From: Octopus sinensis
Taxonomy: Eukaryota
Assembly (NCBI RefSeq): GCF_006345805.1
Contig: NW_021828012.1
Span: forward strand, 1-9,175
Reading direction: 5' to 3'
Length of the DNA: 9,175 nucleotides
The notes under the pieces were generated by a model. That model was not told the origin of the DNA and searched no databases. It was given only the letters and a program-made list of their open reading frames with translations. The position numbers and the translations under genes are program-made. How positions within the stretch are numbered: the first letter of the stretch is position 1; the number at the start of each line of letters is the position of its first letter. This document shows positions 7,598 to 9,175 of the stretch, piece after piece.

Positions 7598-7633
7598 TTT
7601 TTTGAAAAAAGTGCGTCACTCGAAACGTTAGGT
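7598..7633 (+). ncRNA. Possible decayed minimal type I hammerhead ribozyme of Penelope-like element origin
   Basis: TTGAAAA-A-AGTG-CGT-CACT-C-GAAA-CGT-T-AGG compared with the core CTGANGA-stemII-GAAA-CGT-H. Stem II (4 bp) and palindromic ACGT helix III are present, but two core positions differ. Confidence 0.3.
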
Positions 7634-7812
7634 TCCTTTTTCTTTTGCCTAATTTTCTTCATTATACACTTCTTTGATTGTTTTTTTTTTGCTTCTGAAG
7701 CATTGTATTTCTATGCTTTTTAATCATACAATTGCTCTTGTCTAACACCTTGTATTATTTGTTTGTTTGTCTCTTCTCTGCCTCTCCGCCTTGTGTTATT
7801 TGGGAGATTTTC

Positions 7813-7938
<126 letters not shown>

Positions 7939-7943
7939 TTCTA

Positions 7944-9175
7944 TCGGGAGTAAAAAATTAACCGGAAAACGTCAGTGGGCTTGCGGCTCGGCACCTGGAG
8001 AAACAAGCCCATGCCGTACAACAGCGCCTCCATCGTGGGACACTGGACCGACGGACCGGTTAAATTGCTCGGACTCTGGTTCGGTCCGGACCTCCAAATG
8101 GAGAAGAACTGGGGCGAAATAACGACTAGGGTGGCCACTCCCACCCAGCAATAGGCTGAGAGGAAGCTATCCCTAAAAGGTCGGATGGAGGTGGCGAACG
8201 CGTACATCGCATCCGTCATCGAGTACCGTCTGACCGTCGTGCCTTGTCCCGACCCACACTGGAACGCATACTCTTCCGCTTCTTATGGAAGGGAAACGTT
8301 CCGATGGTTAGGCGATCCATTTGCTGTCAACACCAGCTAAATGGAGGGCTCGGCATGCCGTGGTTGATGATGCGCAGACATGCGCTGAGACTGCGACATC
8401 TCCGGCGCTTCATAGACGACGGTAAACATGTGTGGTTGCTGTTTCTTCGGCGCACTTTCCCGCAGCTCGTAACCTTGGCCGAACTGCAGCCGTGGATCAA
8501 ACAGAGACTGAAGCTAGGCGAATGGTACCGCGAGTGTCGCGTTGCTCTCAAGCAACTCTGCTGTCCGGGAACAAACTTGTGCGACTTCATTACTACAAAG
8601 GCGTTCTACAGAGGATTAGTGGAGGGGAGGTGCGACGACGTCCTTGGGCAGAATCTGGGCGTCGACGAGGAACACCTGACAGGCTGTTCAAGACAACTTT
8701 CGGGCCGAGAGCTATGGACAATCACCAAAGATCCCTGGCTTGGCCTGGGATCTTCTACCGAGAAGCATTACCCGTTCGGGATAAGCTCTACAGGCACGGT
8801 TCGAGACACACCGGACCGACTTGTCCGAGATGCGGTCAATGCGACGAAACCGTTCTGCACGCATTCGTGCAGTGTCCAACCATTTCGGACCTATGAGGTT
8901 ATACCGAATGGCTGCTGTCACGTGTGGGATGAGTCCGCCTATCGGCTGAGTCTATCGTGACGATTGGTCCGCCACCTTCCCTCACCGGGAAGGCCATAGT
9001 GAAATAATGTGTGCGTCGGACTCGAGCGAAAGGATTAGAGACAAACACTTACCTCTCTGATCTATCGCTCATCAACTTTTTCAAGTACCACTTGAAAAGG
9101 AAGGTGAGAATGGAGAGGCAGGTTTTGTCTCGTGAAAGTTTAAAAAAAAGGTGGGTGATGTCGCGAAGATGGTGC
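7944..9175 (+). mobile_element. 5'-truncated, disabled Tx1/L1-clade LINE ORF2 (end of RT/thumb, zf-RVT-like region and CCHC); continues beyond the window
   Basis: [66 protein letters not shown] / LERILFRFLWKGNVPMVRR..GGLGMP / YREALPVRDKLYRHG..CPRCGQCDETVLHAFVQC (CCHC 8822-8875). Premature stops include TAG 8152 and TGA 8894; frameshifts near 7955, 8255 and 8680. Visibly higher GC than flanks. Confidence 0.9.

Noticed and set aside
8244-8960. 238-aa ORF as a functional gene
   Set aside because: It is a frameshift-bounded piece of the disabled Tx1 ORF2 and leaves the true frame near 8680.

Overview
AT-rich eukaryotic DNA, probably from an octopus or other cephalopod (inferred from SINE families I recall; not verified). 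Roughly half the window is microsatellite and most listed ORFs are repeat artefacts. Supported content: (1) a probable 3' end of a membrane-protein gene hidden among repeats, with exons 1844-1963 and 2113-2207 joined by a GC-AG intron and AATAAA at 2229; (2) a promoter-like unique island with a candidate exon at about 3005-3380; (3) a stack of elements at 3560-5466 with (TAA)n at most junctions: two tRNA-derived SINE families, a decayed R4/Dong-type LINE fragment with restriction-like endonuclease, and a non-autonomous Helentron (DINE-1/HINE-like) element; (4) a third SINE family at 7172-7482; (5) a possible decayed Penelope-type minimal hammerhead at about 7598-7633; (6) a 5'-truncated, disabled Tx1/L1-clade ORF2 from about 7944 to the window end, starting just after (ATCT)21(GTCT)10. 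No intact transposon ORF, rRNA, true tRNA or CRISPR array is supported.
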